Shown piece after piece: positions 16,288 to 27,863 of a stretch of 64,000 nucleotides of DNA; positions within the stretch are counted from its first letter, which is position 1; every line of letters starts with the position of its first letter. A program made the position numbers and the translations under genes. The notes under the pieces were generated by a model. That model worked only from the letters and a program-made list of their open reading frames with translations, had not been told where the DNA came from and did not search any database. The stretch comes from Dictyostelium discoideum (Eukaryota): assembly GCA_000004695.1 (NCBI GenBank), contig CM000153.2, positions 5,248,001 through 5,312,000 of the forward strand. The letters run 5' to 3'.

Positions 16288-16739
16288 TTTTTTTTTTTTT
16301 TTTATGTAAGGCTATGATATATAAAATAAAAATATATATATATAAAAAAAAAAAAAAAAAAAAAAAAAACCCAAAAAAAGAGATGAAAAAAAAGAATTTT
16401 TTGTTTGGGGGCGCATAAAAAGGAGGGGGGGAACAAAAATGGGAAATTTGTTTTTTTATAAAAAATAAAAAAGATGCCAAAAAAAATAATTAAGAAAAAT
16501 TAAAAAAAATTAAAAAAAAAAAATTAAAAAAAAATTAAAAAAAAAAAAAAAAGGAAAAAAGTCTTTTTTTAAACGAATCCGGTTTTATAAAGCTTTAAAA
16601 AACCAAAAATGATTTTTGGGAATTAGGGGCTTTTGGGAGGGGAAAAAAAGGGGGTTAATTTTTTTGGTTGAAAGGCTTAAGGGTGGGGGTTTTGTTGTTT
16701 TTAAAGGGTTTGGGGAAATATAATGGGAAAAAAGGAGGG

Positions 16740-16783
<44 letters not shown>

Positions 16784-17159
16784 GAAGGGAAATAAAGTAG
16801 ATGGAATAAAAAAAAAATTAAAAAAAAAAAAAAAAATTAATGTTTACTTTTTTTTTTTTTCTTTTTTTTTTTTTCTTTTTTTTTTTATTTTTTTTTTTTT
16901 TCTGTATGTTTGGAGCGATGAACAAAAAAAAAAGTACGAACGACTGAGACAAGATAATTTTTTTTTTTAAAAAAAAAAAAAAAAAATTCAATTGATTTTA
17001 TTATAACAAACGATGATTTTTTATATTTTATTTTTTTTTAATTTTTTTTTTTTTTTTTTTAAAATATTTCGTTTACATACAGAGATATTGTCAAAGTTGA
17101 ATAATGAAAAAATAAAAAATAAAATTAAAAAAAAAAAATAAAAAATAAATCTTAATTCG

Positions 17160-17201
<42 letters not shown>

Positions 17202-18192
17202 CATTATTTTTTTTTTCATTTTTTTTTTTTTTTATTTTTTGCCATGTTATTTCTAATAAACATCAAAGCACATAAAAAAAAAAAAAAAATATGGCATGTA
17301 TATGCTCATAGTCGATCCATATTGAAAAGTCATTTTTTTTTTTGATGGTATTTTTAGTGTTCGTTTTTAAGTTTTTAAAATTTTTTTTTCATTTTTTTTA
17401 TTTTTTTTTTTATTTTTTTTCATTTTTTTATATTTTTTTTTTAATTTTTTTTCAATTTTTTTCAATTTTTTTTAGCGTTTTTGTGCCATTTATTTTTTTT
17501 GGAAAATCTGTGGTTAAATCAGTGATAAATATCAGTCCATAGTTCTAAATTTAGGTTAGTAATCTAATAAACTAATAATATTGTTTCTCTTGATTTTTGT
17601 AAATAAATTAATATTTTCACACCAAACACACAGACTTACATTCAAACCTTTTTTTTTTTTTTTTTTTTACTTTTCTCTTTATTTTTTAATGGGCCAATAA
17701 AAAAAAAAAATTTAATTTAAAAAAAAAAATTTAAAAAAAAAATAAAAAAAATTATACCAAGATTATCATAATAAAAAATCATAAACCACCAATTTTAATA
17801 AAAAACAGTTCAAAAATTATATATTTTTTTTTTTTTGGAAGGTCATTGGTTTTTTAATTTTTTTTCTTAGTTTCCTAGGTTATTTAAATCAAAAAAGAAC
17901 GATTAAAAAAAAAAAAAAATAAAAAATAAAAAAAAAAAAAGAAGAAAACGAAACTGTGATTTTTTTTTTTTTTTTTTTTTATAAAAAATTTTTTTTTTAT
18001 ATTTTTTTTGAAAAACTTTTGTATAAGATATTTTTGATTGGTTGAAAACAATTAAAATCTTTATTCGCAAAAAAAAAATTCAAAAAATTCAAAAAAAAAA
18101 AAAAAATTCGAAAAAAAAAAAAAAGGAAACCAGAATCACGATAATCAAAAATAAAAATCACCCATTTTCAAATAAAAGCAAAATATTAATGT

Positions 18193-19157
18193 ATGAAATC
18201 TTTTATTTTTCGTCAAAACCCAAGAAAACAACAACAAGAGCAAAATAATTTAGTTGACTACAGTGATAGTGATGATGATGAAGAATGCAATGACGACATC
18301 TTCGTTAATAATGAAATTATTATAAATGTGTCTGAAAAAAGTAGTAAAGACTATGGGCTGTTTATTTGGGATGGTAGTTTAGTATTATCTTGGTATTTAT
18401 TCACTCTTACAAAAAATAACCCTCAATTTTGGAATGGAAAAAATGTTTTAGAACTAAACGCTGGTGTTGCCTTACCATCAATTCTATTATCAAAATTAGG
18501 TGTAAATAAAATTATCATTACAGATCGTATTGATGGATTTATTGAAATCCAAAATAACATTATTGATAATTTAAATTTAAATGGTTTCAATATTAATAAT
18601 AATAATAATATTAATGACAATAAAATTTTCATTGAACCTCTATCCTGGGGGAATTTTGAAAAATTTTCAAACCAATTAACCTCTTCATCTATTGATTATT
18701 TAATAACATCAGATTGTTTTTATGATAATACCAAAAGTATGTATTTATATTTATTTATATTTTAATTTTTTTTTTTTTTTTTGGGATAAAACTAATTTTT
18801 TTTTTTTTTTTTTTTTTTTTGTTGATTTTAAATCAGATTATGACGATATTTTTGCAACATGGTATTATTTTTTGTTAAAAAACGATAAATTAGTAATTTT
18901 ATTAACCTACCAAGTCAGATGGTAAGAAGAAAAAAAAAAAACCTTTTTTTTTTTTTAATTCTAAAAATAGATTCTAATATTTTATTTTTTATTTTTTTTT
19001 TTTATTTATTTTTATTTATAGCAATGAAAAGACAATTTTTAATTATTTAAAAAAGTGGAAGTTAAAATCAGAAATTTTATCAATTAAAGATATATCAATA
19101 CCAAATTATAATATTGATTCTGAAATAATCTTAATTAAAATTACAAAAAATCAATAA
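18193..19157 (+). CDS. Methyltransf_16 family SAM-dependent protein-lysine methyltransferase (METTL21/FAM86-like). Exons 18193..18736, 18837..18921 and 19022..19157.
   Basis: The motif GLFIWDGSLVLSWYL...GKNVLELNAGVALPSILLSKLGVNKIIITD matches the Methyltransf_16 SAM-binding core. Two short introns (GTATGT..CAG and GTAAGA..TAG) keep the frame. The C-terminal LVILLTYQVRCNEKTIFNYLKKW region is typical of the family. Confidence 0.65.
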
Positions 19158-19329
19158 AAATAAACCAATAAAAAAAATAAAAAAAAATGATCACTTTTTT
19201 TTTTTTATTTGAAAACTAATCAACCATAATTTTTTTTTTTTTTTCAAACCAATTTTTTTTTTTTATTATTTTTTTTTTTATTTTCAAATAAAAAAAAAAT
19301 AAAAAAATTTAATATTTATATAAATAACA

Positions 19330-19608
19330 ATGGTACTTTGTCCATCTTGTCAAAAGCCTGTTTACTTTGCAGAACGTCAATTGTACCAAGGCAAGGTTCG
19401 TAATTACTGTAGTTGAAAATTCAAGTGAAGGGGAAGTTGATAAATTACTGATTCATCATACTATTATCACAGGATTATCATCAAATTTGTTATAACATTT
19501 TAATTAAACAAGAAAATGCATCAAGACCAAAAACATTTGCGTAAATATATTTAATTTATAATTATAAAAATAAAATCATTATAATTTCAATATGTCCGTG
19601 TGTTAATA

Positions 19609-19641
<33 letters not shown>

Positions 19642-19886
19642 ATTTCAGAATTCATGAACAAATATTTTGTAATGTAGAGGAAAATAGTAAACATAAATAT
19701 CCATTGGCACCAGTTGATGGTTATTATGCAGGAATACAAGTATCACCACCATCACAACCATCACAACCATCAAATACCACTCAAACTTCTGTCCAATCAA
19801 AACCAAAAAATAACTTGTGTAAAAAATGTTCAGGTGAAACAAAACCAACTGATAAATTTTGTACAGGTTGTGGTAATAAACTATAG
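19330..19886 (+). CDS. Small Cys-rich protein with a CRIP/LIM-like N-terminal half-finger and a C-terminal CxxC-x9-CxxC zinc ribbon. Tentative exons 19330..19395, 19473..19540 and 19649..19886.
   Basis: MVLCPSCQKPVYFAERQLYQGK|DYHQIC resembles the first zinc finger of CRIP/LIM proteins (VYFAER is identical). The second finger is degenerate. The C-terminus reads CKKCSGETKPTDKFCTGCGNKL. The splice phases are self-consistent, but the donor GTTCGT is weak. This is a low-confidence model. Confidence 0.3.
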
Positions 19887-20401
19887 TTTAAAAAAAATAG
19901 AAAATAAAAATAAGTTTAACATTATTCTATCATTTTTTTATCATGATAAAAACCAAAATAGAGATTATTATTATTTTTTTTTTTTTTTTCCCAAAAACTT
20001 TAAACCAAAATATAAAAAAGAATTTGTATTATTTTTAGAAATAAATCTAATTAGATTTTTTATTATTATTATTTTTAGTAATAGTATTAAATACATTTTA
20101 TTATTATTATTATTATTACTAAGAATAGAATTTTTTTATTATTTTTTAAAAAATAATTCTTATTTTGGAATTGTTTGTTTAAAAAAAAAAAAAATTTTAC
20201 CCGCCCAAAAATTCAATTTTTAAGCATTTTTATTTTTTTTTTTTTTTTTTTTTTACTTTTTATTTTACTTTTTTTTTTTTTTTTTTTCACAATTTTCGAC
20301 ACAACAAATATTTGTTTGTGTTTAAATATACAAATAATTAATAATTAATAAATATAAATATAAATAATTAATAAAAAAAAAAAAAAAAAAAATTAAAAAA
20401 A

Positions 20402-23400
20402 ATGATGGATGATGACTCAGGGTTAATAGAGATTTTAGGGGCATTAGGTTCATATAGATATATAAATGACGAAAATGAAGAAGTCCTAAACTATAATATA
20501 AATAATATAAATAAAAATATAAACTCTGTTGGTATTGATGGAAAGAAATTAAAAAAGAAAGCAATAGAGAATGAAGATAATATTAGTAAAATATTCGAAT
20601 GTGGTGAAGATTGTTTAGAAGCAGCAAGAGCTCTATATCGTATGTTAAATGAAGATGATGATATCGATAGATCTGTATTTCATTTTTTAGGAAAAAATAA
20701 TATAGCAAGATCTAAATTAGTACCAATCTTAATAGCTTATCCTGATAATACAAATTTAGTTATAACAATTTGTAAGTATATTCTTTTTTTTTTTAAAAAA
20801 AAAAATAAAAAAAATAAAATAAAATAAAAAAAGAAAAAACTTTACTAATTTATTTTTATTTTAATTTTTAAAAAAAAAAAAAAAAGTAAAAATTTTTGTA
20901 AAATTAACATTACAATTACCATATCATATTGAATCATATGATATTCCAAAACAAACATTATATACATTAAATATGAAAGAATCATTTTTAAATAGAGAAT
21001 TGATAAAAACTTTATTGGATATTTTAAAGGAACCAATGATTAATTTAGGTTTTTCAAATGGTAAAAGTCAAGATTATATTATTATTGAATTGGTTTTAAC
21101 TTTAATTAAAAATATGTTACAAATTCAAGATCCAATATCTTCTCAAACTTCAATAGAATCTGAATATCGTTGTCACATGCATAGTAATTTAATTGAATTA
21201 TTAGAAGAGTAAATTATTATTATTATTTTTAATAATTTTTTTTTTGTTTTTTTTTTTATAAAATTATTTTAACTCTATTTTTTTTTTTTTTTTTTTTTCT
21301 CTTTTAGGGAGAATATTTTAGAATTATTTTTAGTATTAGCACAAAATATTCATACAAATAAAGTTTATAAACAAATTTCAATTTATTCATTATTATTATT
21401 AGAAATTTTTACATTATTATTAAAAAATGAAAATCCAAATGAAATTTGGTCATCTCAAGAAAAGAATGAAGAAAACAATGATAATGGTGATGATGATGAT
21501 AATAATAATGATAAAAAAAAAAAAAAAATTTTAAGTGAAAAAGATAAATCATTAATTAATTTATTAAAAAAAGAGAAAAGATTATCAACAAAATTAGTTA
21601 GTAATGGTAATAGAAGTAGATTTATTGGCACCTATACAAGTTATTCAGAGATTGAAGGTAAGAAGATTATAAATAAAACTTTACCAGATATGGCCACAGT
21701 AAATTCAGTTAGACCAACAAGTTTAGGTAATTTCTCTGCTTCATTATTGGCAAGTAGAACTAAAGTAATTGGTGAAAGGAAGAAAACTGCATCCTCTTTA
21801 AAGGTTAGATTAATCTTAAAGAGTTGGGCTGAACAATTTTTAGATGGTTGTTATAATACATTGATGAATACTGTTGTGGATGAATTTGCAAAAGAGAATG
21901 CCCAAATATTGGATTCTGATAGACTTAACTTTTTAATGTTAACAAAATTCTTTACTGGTTTCTCTTTAGCACTTTTAAGATATCATAGTGAAAAAGTTGA
22001 ACAATTAAAAAAGAAGAAGCAATTGGAAAAGGAATTAGATGATATGGTAGTCGATAAGAATTTAGAGCCACAATCTGACGATGAAGGTGATGAAGATATT
22101 GATGCTTTCACTCATGACAATATCATTGGTTCATTATCATCAACATTGTCACCATCAAACTTTCAATTCATTTTCTCAAGTTGTAGTAATTATCAAATGA
22201 TAAAGAAACATCTATCATTAGAGGTGGCAGTATCAACATTAAGAGAAATGATATCACTTTTAAATTATATGTCAGTGTCACCCATTGAACAGTATAAACA
22301 AATCTCATTGGAAATGCAATCAACAATCTACTATGACCGTGATGCATTCTTAAAGTTGATTATTAATTTAATGCGTATTTATGATCCAAATCATTATAGT
22401 AAATCGATGATGCTCGATTTAATCGATTTATCATTTACGACGGTTATTATGGTTGAAAATTTTTGTAAACAAAATAATGCAATCGAAATTAAATCAAAAA
22501 GACAAAGATCCTCAAAGTCTTTGAATTCCATTGATGATAATACTGAAGCAATCAATCAACCAACAGAAAATCAAGATGGTACAATAACTGACGATGGTTT
22601 TCCAGATGAAGAAGAGAAAGAGGATGAATATGATAGTCAAATTCGTAATAGTATGGATTTCACTTCTTTTATGGCAGAATTTGCTCATTCTGAGGTGATA
22701 AAGAATTTAGCATTGGTTTTGGGTGGTTATCATGGAAATACAACTTTAATTAATCATCAAATCATTCAACTATATAAAAGAATTGCAAATGATTTAGAAT
22801 TGGAACCAATGTTTTATCAAATATCTCTATTCTATCTCTTTAAGAATCTCTTAAATGATCCATTAATTTCAAGTTCAAAAAGTGGTGATTCAAAAGATCT
22901 TTTAGAATTTATTAATCAAATACTTTCAAAATATTATAAAGCAGTTGAATCAAATCCTTCTTTCTTAATTGACATTTTAATTCCAAAATCTAGAACTGAT
23001 TGTTTCTATTTAAAGACAAATGATGAAGATGGTGATATATCACAACAACAACAACAACAACAACAAGAACAACAAGAATTTGATGAAAATGGAATTCCAA
23101 TATTAAAAATTTCAAAAAATACTGGTAGATTGAAAAAGAAATCAAATGGTGATAGTGATGAAGGTGAAGTATTTTTAGAGAGCGATGATGATAAAGATGA
23201 ATATATTCTTCAAAATATTGTCTCTAAAATGGAGGATACTTTAAAGAGACCAGAATTAATTGAAAAGATTAAATTATTAAATAAGAGAAAAGTTGGACCA
23301 AAGATTATAGGTTGGTTACAACAACATCTATTGAATGCCATTGTAATTAGAACCAAAGAAAAGAATAATCCAAGCTTTACACTCTATCCATTGCTTTATG

Positions 23401-24596
23401 AAGGCGAGTGTGATGGTGAAAACTTTAACAATTTGGCCAATGTTAGACAAATCTTTTCATTATTAAAATTTGGACTTCCAACATCTAGAAATGGTTTCTA
23501 CACAATCTCTTCATTAAAAAACTATTCAACCAATTATTTAACTGCAATCTATGAAACCATTAAAGAGGCTTTAGAACAACAAACATTAGAAATTCAACAA
23601 AAAGAATTAAAAAAACAACAAAGAAAATTACAACCAAAACAACCAAGATCCAAAATATCTTCAAAAGGAAAAAAAACTATAGTCGCTAAATTTGATAAAA
23701 ATGGTAAAAGAAATCCACTTTATCAATCATCTGATGAAGAAGAATCAAATAATGAATCTAAATCAAAATCATCATCTGAAAGTGAAAGTAGTAGTAGTGA
23801 AAGTGAAGTTGAAAGTGAAGTTGAAAGTGAAGTTGAAAGTGATAATGAAAAAGAAGAAGATAAAGTAAATAAAGAGAAAAAACATTCAACAAATAACTAT
23901 AAAAAAGAAGAAACTGATAATGAAGAGAAAGAAGAAGAAAAAGAAGAAGAAGAGGACAGAGATAAAGGTGAAGAGGATAAAGAAGAAAGTGACGATGAAG
24001 AAATTGAAAATTTAAAAGAAAAAATTCAATTAAAGGAAAAAGAGAAAAGAGATAGAAAGAAAGAGAAAAAAGAAAAAAGAAAAAATAAAAAGAGAGAAGA
24101 GAAAGAAAAGAAAAGAAATAGAAAAGAAAAAGAAAAAGAACATGAAGAGGAAGAAGAGGAGGAAGAAGATGAAGAAAAAGATGAAGAGGAAGAAGAAAAA
24201 GAAGAAATGTTTAGTGAAAATGTTTTTGTTAACATTGAACCAATTGAAAAATCAGTAGAATCAAAGAAGAAATTAAAAAAAATTCTTAAAAAAAGCAATC
24301 AAGATAGTGATGAAGATAGTGATACCATCCAATCAAGTAAAGTTAAAACAATTTTAGACAGTGATAGTGATGAGGAATCAAACAGAGAGGATAGTTTTAA
24401 AAATAATAAAAAAGATCAAGACGACAATGATAAAGATATCACACCAAACAAAAGAAACAAGGTTTTAAAAAGAAAAAATATAAGTTTAAGTGATGATGAC
24501 GAAGAAGACAAAGAAGAAAGTGACAACGATAAAGATATTGGTAGCGATGAAGATCAAAAAACTGATAAGGTATCAAAAAAACATAAATCAAATTAA
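20402..24596 (+). CDS. Timeless / Tof1 homolog (replication fork protection complex). Exons 20402..20771, 20887..21208 and 21308..24596, about 1326 aa.
   Basis: The Timeless N-terminal domain is present (ILGALGSYRYI...CLEAARALYRMLNEDDDIDRSVFHFLGKNN...KLVPILIAYP). The central part (NGNRSRFIGTYTSY, LKVRLILKSWAEQFLDGCYNTLMNTVVDEF) aligns with human TIMELESS (RGNRHSRFGGSY / [26 protein letters not shown]). The C-terminus is a long K/E/D-rich tail. The exon 2 acceptor at 20885-20886 is the least certain boundary. Confidence 0.7.
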
Positions 24597-24696
24597 ATAA
24601 ATAAAATAATAAAAAAAAAAAAAACATTATTTGTACAATTAATTATTCATTATATATTATTTTTATTTTTGTATAAAATACATTATTTATTTTTAA

Positions 24697-27219
24697 TTAA
24701 ATGTTTAGCCCATTTTCAGATAAAATATTTAGTAATATTGAATCATTATAATTTGAAGCGATTTTGATTATTTCAGGAATATTAAGATCTGAAATTCTTT
24801 TACAATTAATTGCTAATTTTAAAATTTGAATAAAAAAGTGTGAATCTTTTGAACCTCCAAAGTTTTCAAGTATTTTAAAATTTACATTTGGATGACTTTT
24901 ACATAAATATTCAATCATTGGGGAATGGTACCAAGTAAGGTCTAAATATTTAATACTTGAAAGTTTGTATTCATTTATAATGAATGATGTTAAATCCTTT
25001 AGATATAATTTCATCACTATTGATAACATTTTTTGAGGAAATTCTAAACCATTTTTTCCATATATTTTTATAACTAACTCTATATACCTTTTTAATGTTG
25101 TTGTTATTTTATTAAAATCATTTGATCTTATTAATTGTTTAACAAAATTAATTTCAAAACCACCTAAATATTCACTTTCAATTGATTTATTTGATGCAAT
25201 TTCTTCTAAATTATAAATGAATAAATCTAATCTATCAATTTCTAATAAATATTTTAATTGATGTTTTATTAAATATACACCTTTTGAAGGAACACTTGAA
25301 AAGTAATTGAATAAATATTCAAATGTGATTCTTCCATCATCATCATTAAATATATATTCAAATGTAAATATATCTGGTTTAATTATTTTATTAATTAATT
25401 CATCTTCCTTAATTAAATTTTCAATAAAACATGTTCTACATGGACAACGAGTTCCATCTGTATTACCAGAAAATAGTTTATTAAATGAAAGTATGTATTT
25501 AATAATTTTCTTTGATTTAATATGTAAATATAAAAACGAATGAAATATTGAATGTTCTAATTCAATTGGTGTGCAATCAAACTGAGATTTAATGTTTTTA
25601 ATTTGTTGAGATGTCATATCTTGAAATTGAAGTAATTTCCTGAATAAATAATTAATAATTTTTTCACAAACTGGAATAATTGACTGTATTTTTGTTTTTC
25701 CAATCCAGTAATCAAAATAATCTTTTATTTTTTCAAACATACAGTTTGGTATGAAATTGATTTTCCTTCCTCTAAATAGTTGATCACCTTTTTGTTTGAT
25801 TGTTTTATTCCAATGATTTATGAATTTCTCTATATCAATTTGTTCTATTAAACTATCAGTTTTATTTACATCATATTCAATAATAGATTTTAAAAATTGT
25901 TTTGAAATTGAATCAACATTTTTGATTGATGGTGTTTTAAAAGAGTGACTTTTTATAAATTCTAATTTTTCTTTTCCAATTTTTTCTAAAATTTCTTTAT
26001 AGCAATCAAATTTGTTGAATATTAAATCACTAACTTGATCAGCTAGTTTTAAATTTTTAAACCAACTTTTTCTCCATGGGAGTTCATTTAAAAATGAAGT
26101 TAAAAATTCAATAGTTTCATTTTTATCAACCATTTTATTTAATTTCATCAAAATTCCATTTGTTTTTAATTGTTTAAAACAATTATTATCCATACCATCA
26201 ATTAATTCATAATAATTAAAATAAAATAAACTATAAATAATTTTTGATTTTGTTGATTTTATTAATAATTTTAATAGTTGTTTTTCTTTTTCAATACATC
26301 CATAGTTAATATTATTATTATTATTATCTTTTAAAATTTCATCAATTTGAAGTTTGATTTCATTTGGAATAATTGTTTTTGATGTTGTACATTTATAATA
26401 TAACTTGAAAAAAAATAAAATTGTTTCAATTTTTAATAATTGTTTACTCTTTGATGAATTTGTAATGTGCTTACAAAAACATACAATGTCTGATGTATCA
26501 TTAAAGAAATCTAAATCCATTAATCTTGTTAAAACATCTATCTTCCCACTTGTTAATTTAAATGGTATTATTAAATCAATTTTCTTAAAATTAAAAAGAT
26601 CATTATCATTTAATAAAATATTTGTTATACATCCATCAACATCATACTTATTGTTTAATGACCAATATATTGATTTATTTTTAAAATCTTGTTTGATTTT
26701 ATTTTTATTTATAAACTTTAATAGATTACTTATAATTTGTTGAGAACAATTTTTAATTGAATATTCTAAATGATCAATTGTTATCCAATTTATATGTTTA
26801 TAGTGGTAACAAAAATTGTTTATTATAAGTTCAAGAATTTCATTATTATTATAAAATAAAATTTTTTTTAAAATATTTGAATAGTTAATAATTTCTCTAT
26901 ATTCTGATTTATTTAGTATTATTTCAAGTATCTCCATTGAAATTGAGTATGTTAAAGGATTTAATATTGATTTTAATAAATATTCTAAACATAGGTCATA
27001 TACATATTCATTTTTTAAAAGTTTATATTTTAATAGATCTAAATGACCATTTTCGACCAACCATTTAAATGAGTGTATATCACCAAACCTTCTTCTGTTT
27101 CCTACATAGTATTTGTCATAGTCAAATTCAATGTCTGTGTTTAAAAGTTGAGAATGTATTGTTTTATTTATTACTACATTCCTATACACTTTCCAAAATA
27201 ATATTTCATTCCTTTCCAT
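24697..27219 (-). CDS. Orphan Dictyostelium-type protein of about 840 aa, function unknown, single exon
   Basis: A long uninterrupted ORF. The likely start is Met at 27217-27219 (MERNEILFWKVYRNVVINK...), because the ORF upstream of it is poly-Phe read-through of a T-run. The N-terminal LFWKVYRN motif resembles the N-termini of the FNIP-repeat family, but no FNIP repeats follow. Confidence 0.55.
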   Translation of the reverse strand: MERNEILFWKVYRNVVINKTIHSQLLNTDIEFDYDKYYVGNRRRFGDIHSFKWLVENGHLDLLKYKLLKNEYVYDLCLEYLLKSILNPLTYSISMEILEIILNKSEYREIINYSNILKKILFYNNNEILELIINNFCYHYKHINWITIDHLEYSIKNCSQQIISNLLKFINKNKIKQDFKNKSIYWSLNNKYDVDGCITNILLNDNDLFNFKKIDLIIPFKLTSGKIDVLTRLMDLDFFNDTSDIVCFCKHITNSSKSKQLLKIETILFFFKLYYKCTTSKTIIPNEIKLQIDEILKDNNNNNINYGCIEKEKQLLKLLIKSTKSKIIYSLFYFNYYELIDGMDNNCFKQLKTNGILMKLNKMVDKNETIEFLTSFLNELPWRKSWFKNLKLADQVSDLIFNKFDCYKEILEKIGKEKLEFIKSHSFKTPSIKNVDSISKQFLKSIIEYDVNKTDSLIEQIDIEKFINHWNKTIKQKGDQLFRGRKINFIPNCMFEKIKDYFDYWIGKTKIQSIIPVCEKIINYLFRKLLQFQDMTSQQIKNIKSQFDCTPIELEHSIFHSFLYLHIKSKKIIKYILSFNKLFSGNTDGTRCPCRTCFIENLIKEDELINKIIKPDIFTFEYIFNDDDGRITFEYLFNYFSSVPSKGVYLIKHQLKYLLEIDRLDLFIYNLEEIASNKSIESEYLGGFEINFVKQLIRSNDFNKITTTLKRYIELVIKIYGKNGLEFPQKMLSIVMKLYLKDLTSFIINEYKLSSIKYLDLTWYHSPMIEYLCKSHPNVNFKILENFGGSKDSHFFIQILKLAINCKRISDLNIPEIIKIASNYNDSILLNILSENGLNI

Positions 27220-27233
27220 TTTTAATTTATCAT

Positions 27234-27267
<34 letters not shown>

Positions 27268-27364
27268 GTTTTCAAAAAAAAAAAAAAAAAAAAAAAAAAT
27301 TGAAAAAAAAAGGAAAGAAAAAAGAAAGGAAATAGTTAAAGTGAAAGGAAACAACATTTTTATT

Positions 27365-27787
27365 TTAATCAATTTCATCAAGTAAAGAATAATACGTTAT
27401 AGTTTTATCTCCACAACTAATATTATAAAGCTGTTGGTTTTCGTTTGTTTCTTGTAGATATTGTTGTTGCATTTGTAATGGTTCTTCTTTTAGTAATTCT
27501 TGTATTGTTTGACCTGCTTGTTGTTTTTCTTGTTTTTCTTGTTGTTGTTGTTCTTCTTCTTCTTCTTCTTCTTCTTCTTGTTGTTGTGGTTGTTCTTCTT
27601 CTTCTTCTTGCTCCTCTACTTCTTCTTCTTTTTCTTTTTCTTCATTTTCTTCTTCTTCTTGTTCTTCTACTTCTTGTTGTAGTTGTTCTTCTTGTAGTTG
27701 TTTTTGTAGTTCTTGTAGTTGTTCTTGTAGTTGTTTTTCTTGTAGTTGTTGTTCTCCTTCTTGTTGTTCTTCTTGTTGTTCTTCTTC

Positions 27788-27863
<76 letters not shown>

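Noticed and set aside
14618-17542. Multiple 60-100-aa ORFs rich in Lys/Phe/Tyr in the 13.3-18.2 kb desert
   Set aside because: They are translations of (A)n, (T)n and (TTA)n runs. They have no complex sequence, no splice structure and no start context.
24026-24627. Minus-strand Ser/Phe-rich ORFs inside Timeless (24026..24298, 24439..24627)
   Set aside because: Antisense of the K/E-rich tail coding sequence of Timeless.
27220-27381. N-terminal 54 codons of ORF 24697..27381 ([21 protein letters not shown])
   Set aside because: Poly-Phe translation of an (A)n promoter tract on the minus strand. The Met at 27217-27219 (MERNEILFWK) is the plausible start. This also removes the apparent overlap with the upstream gene's stop at 27365.
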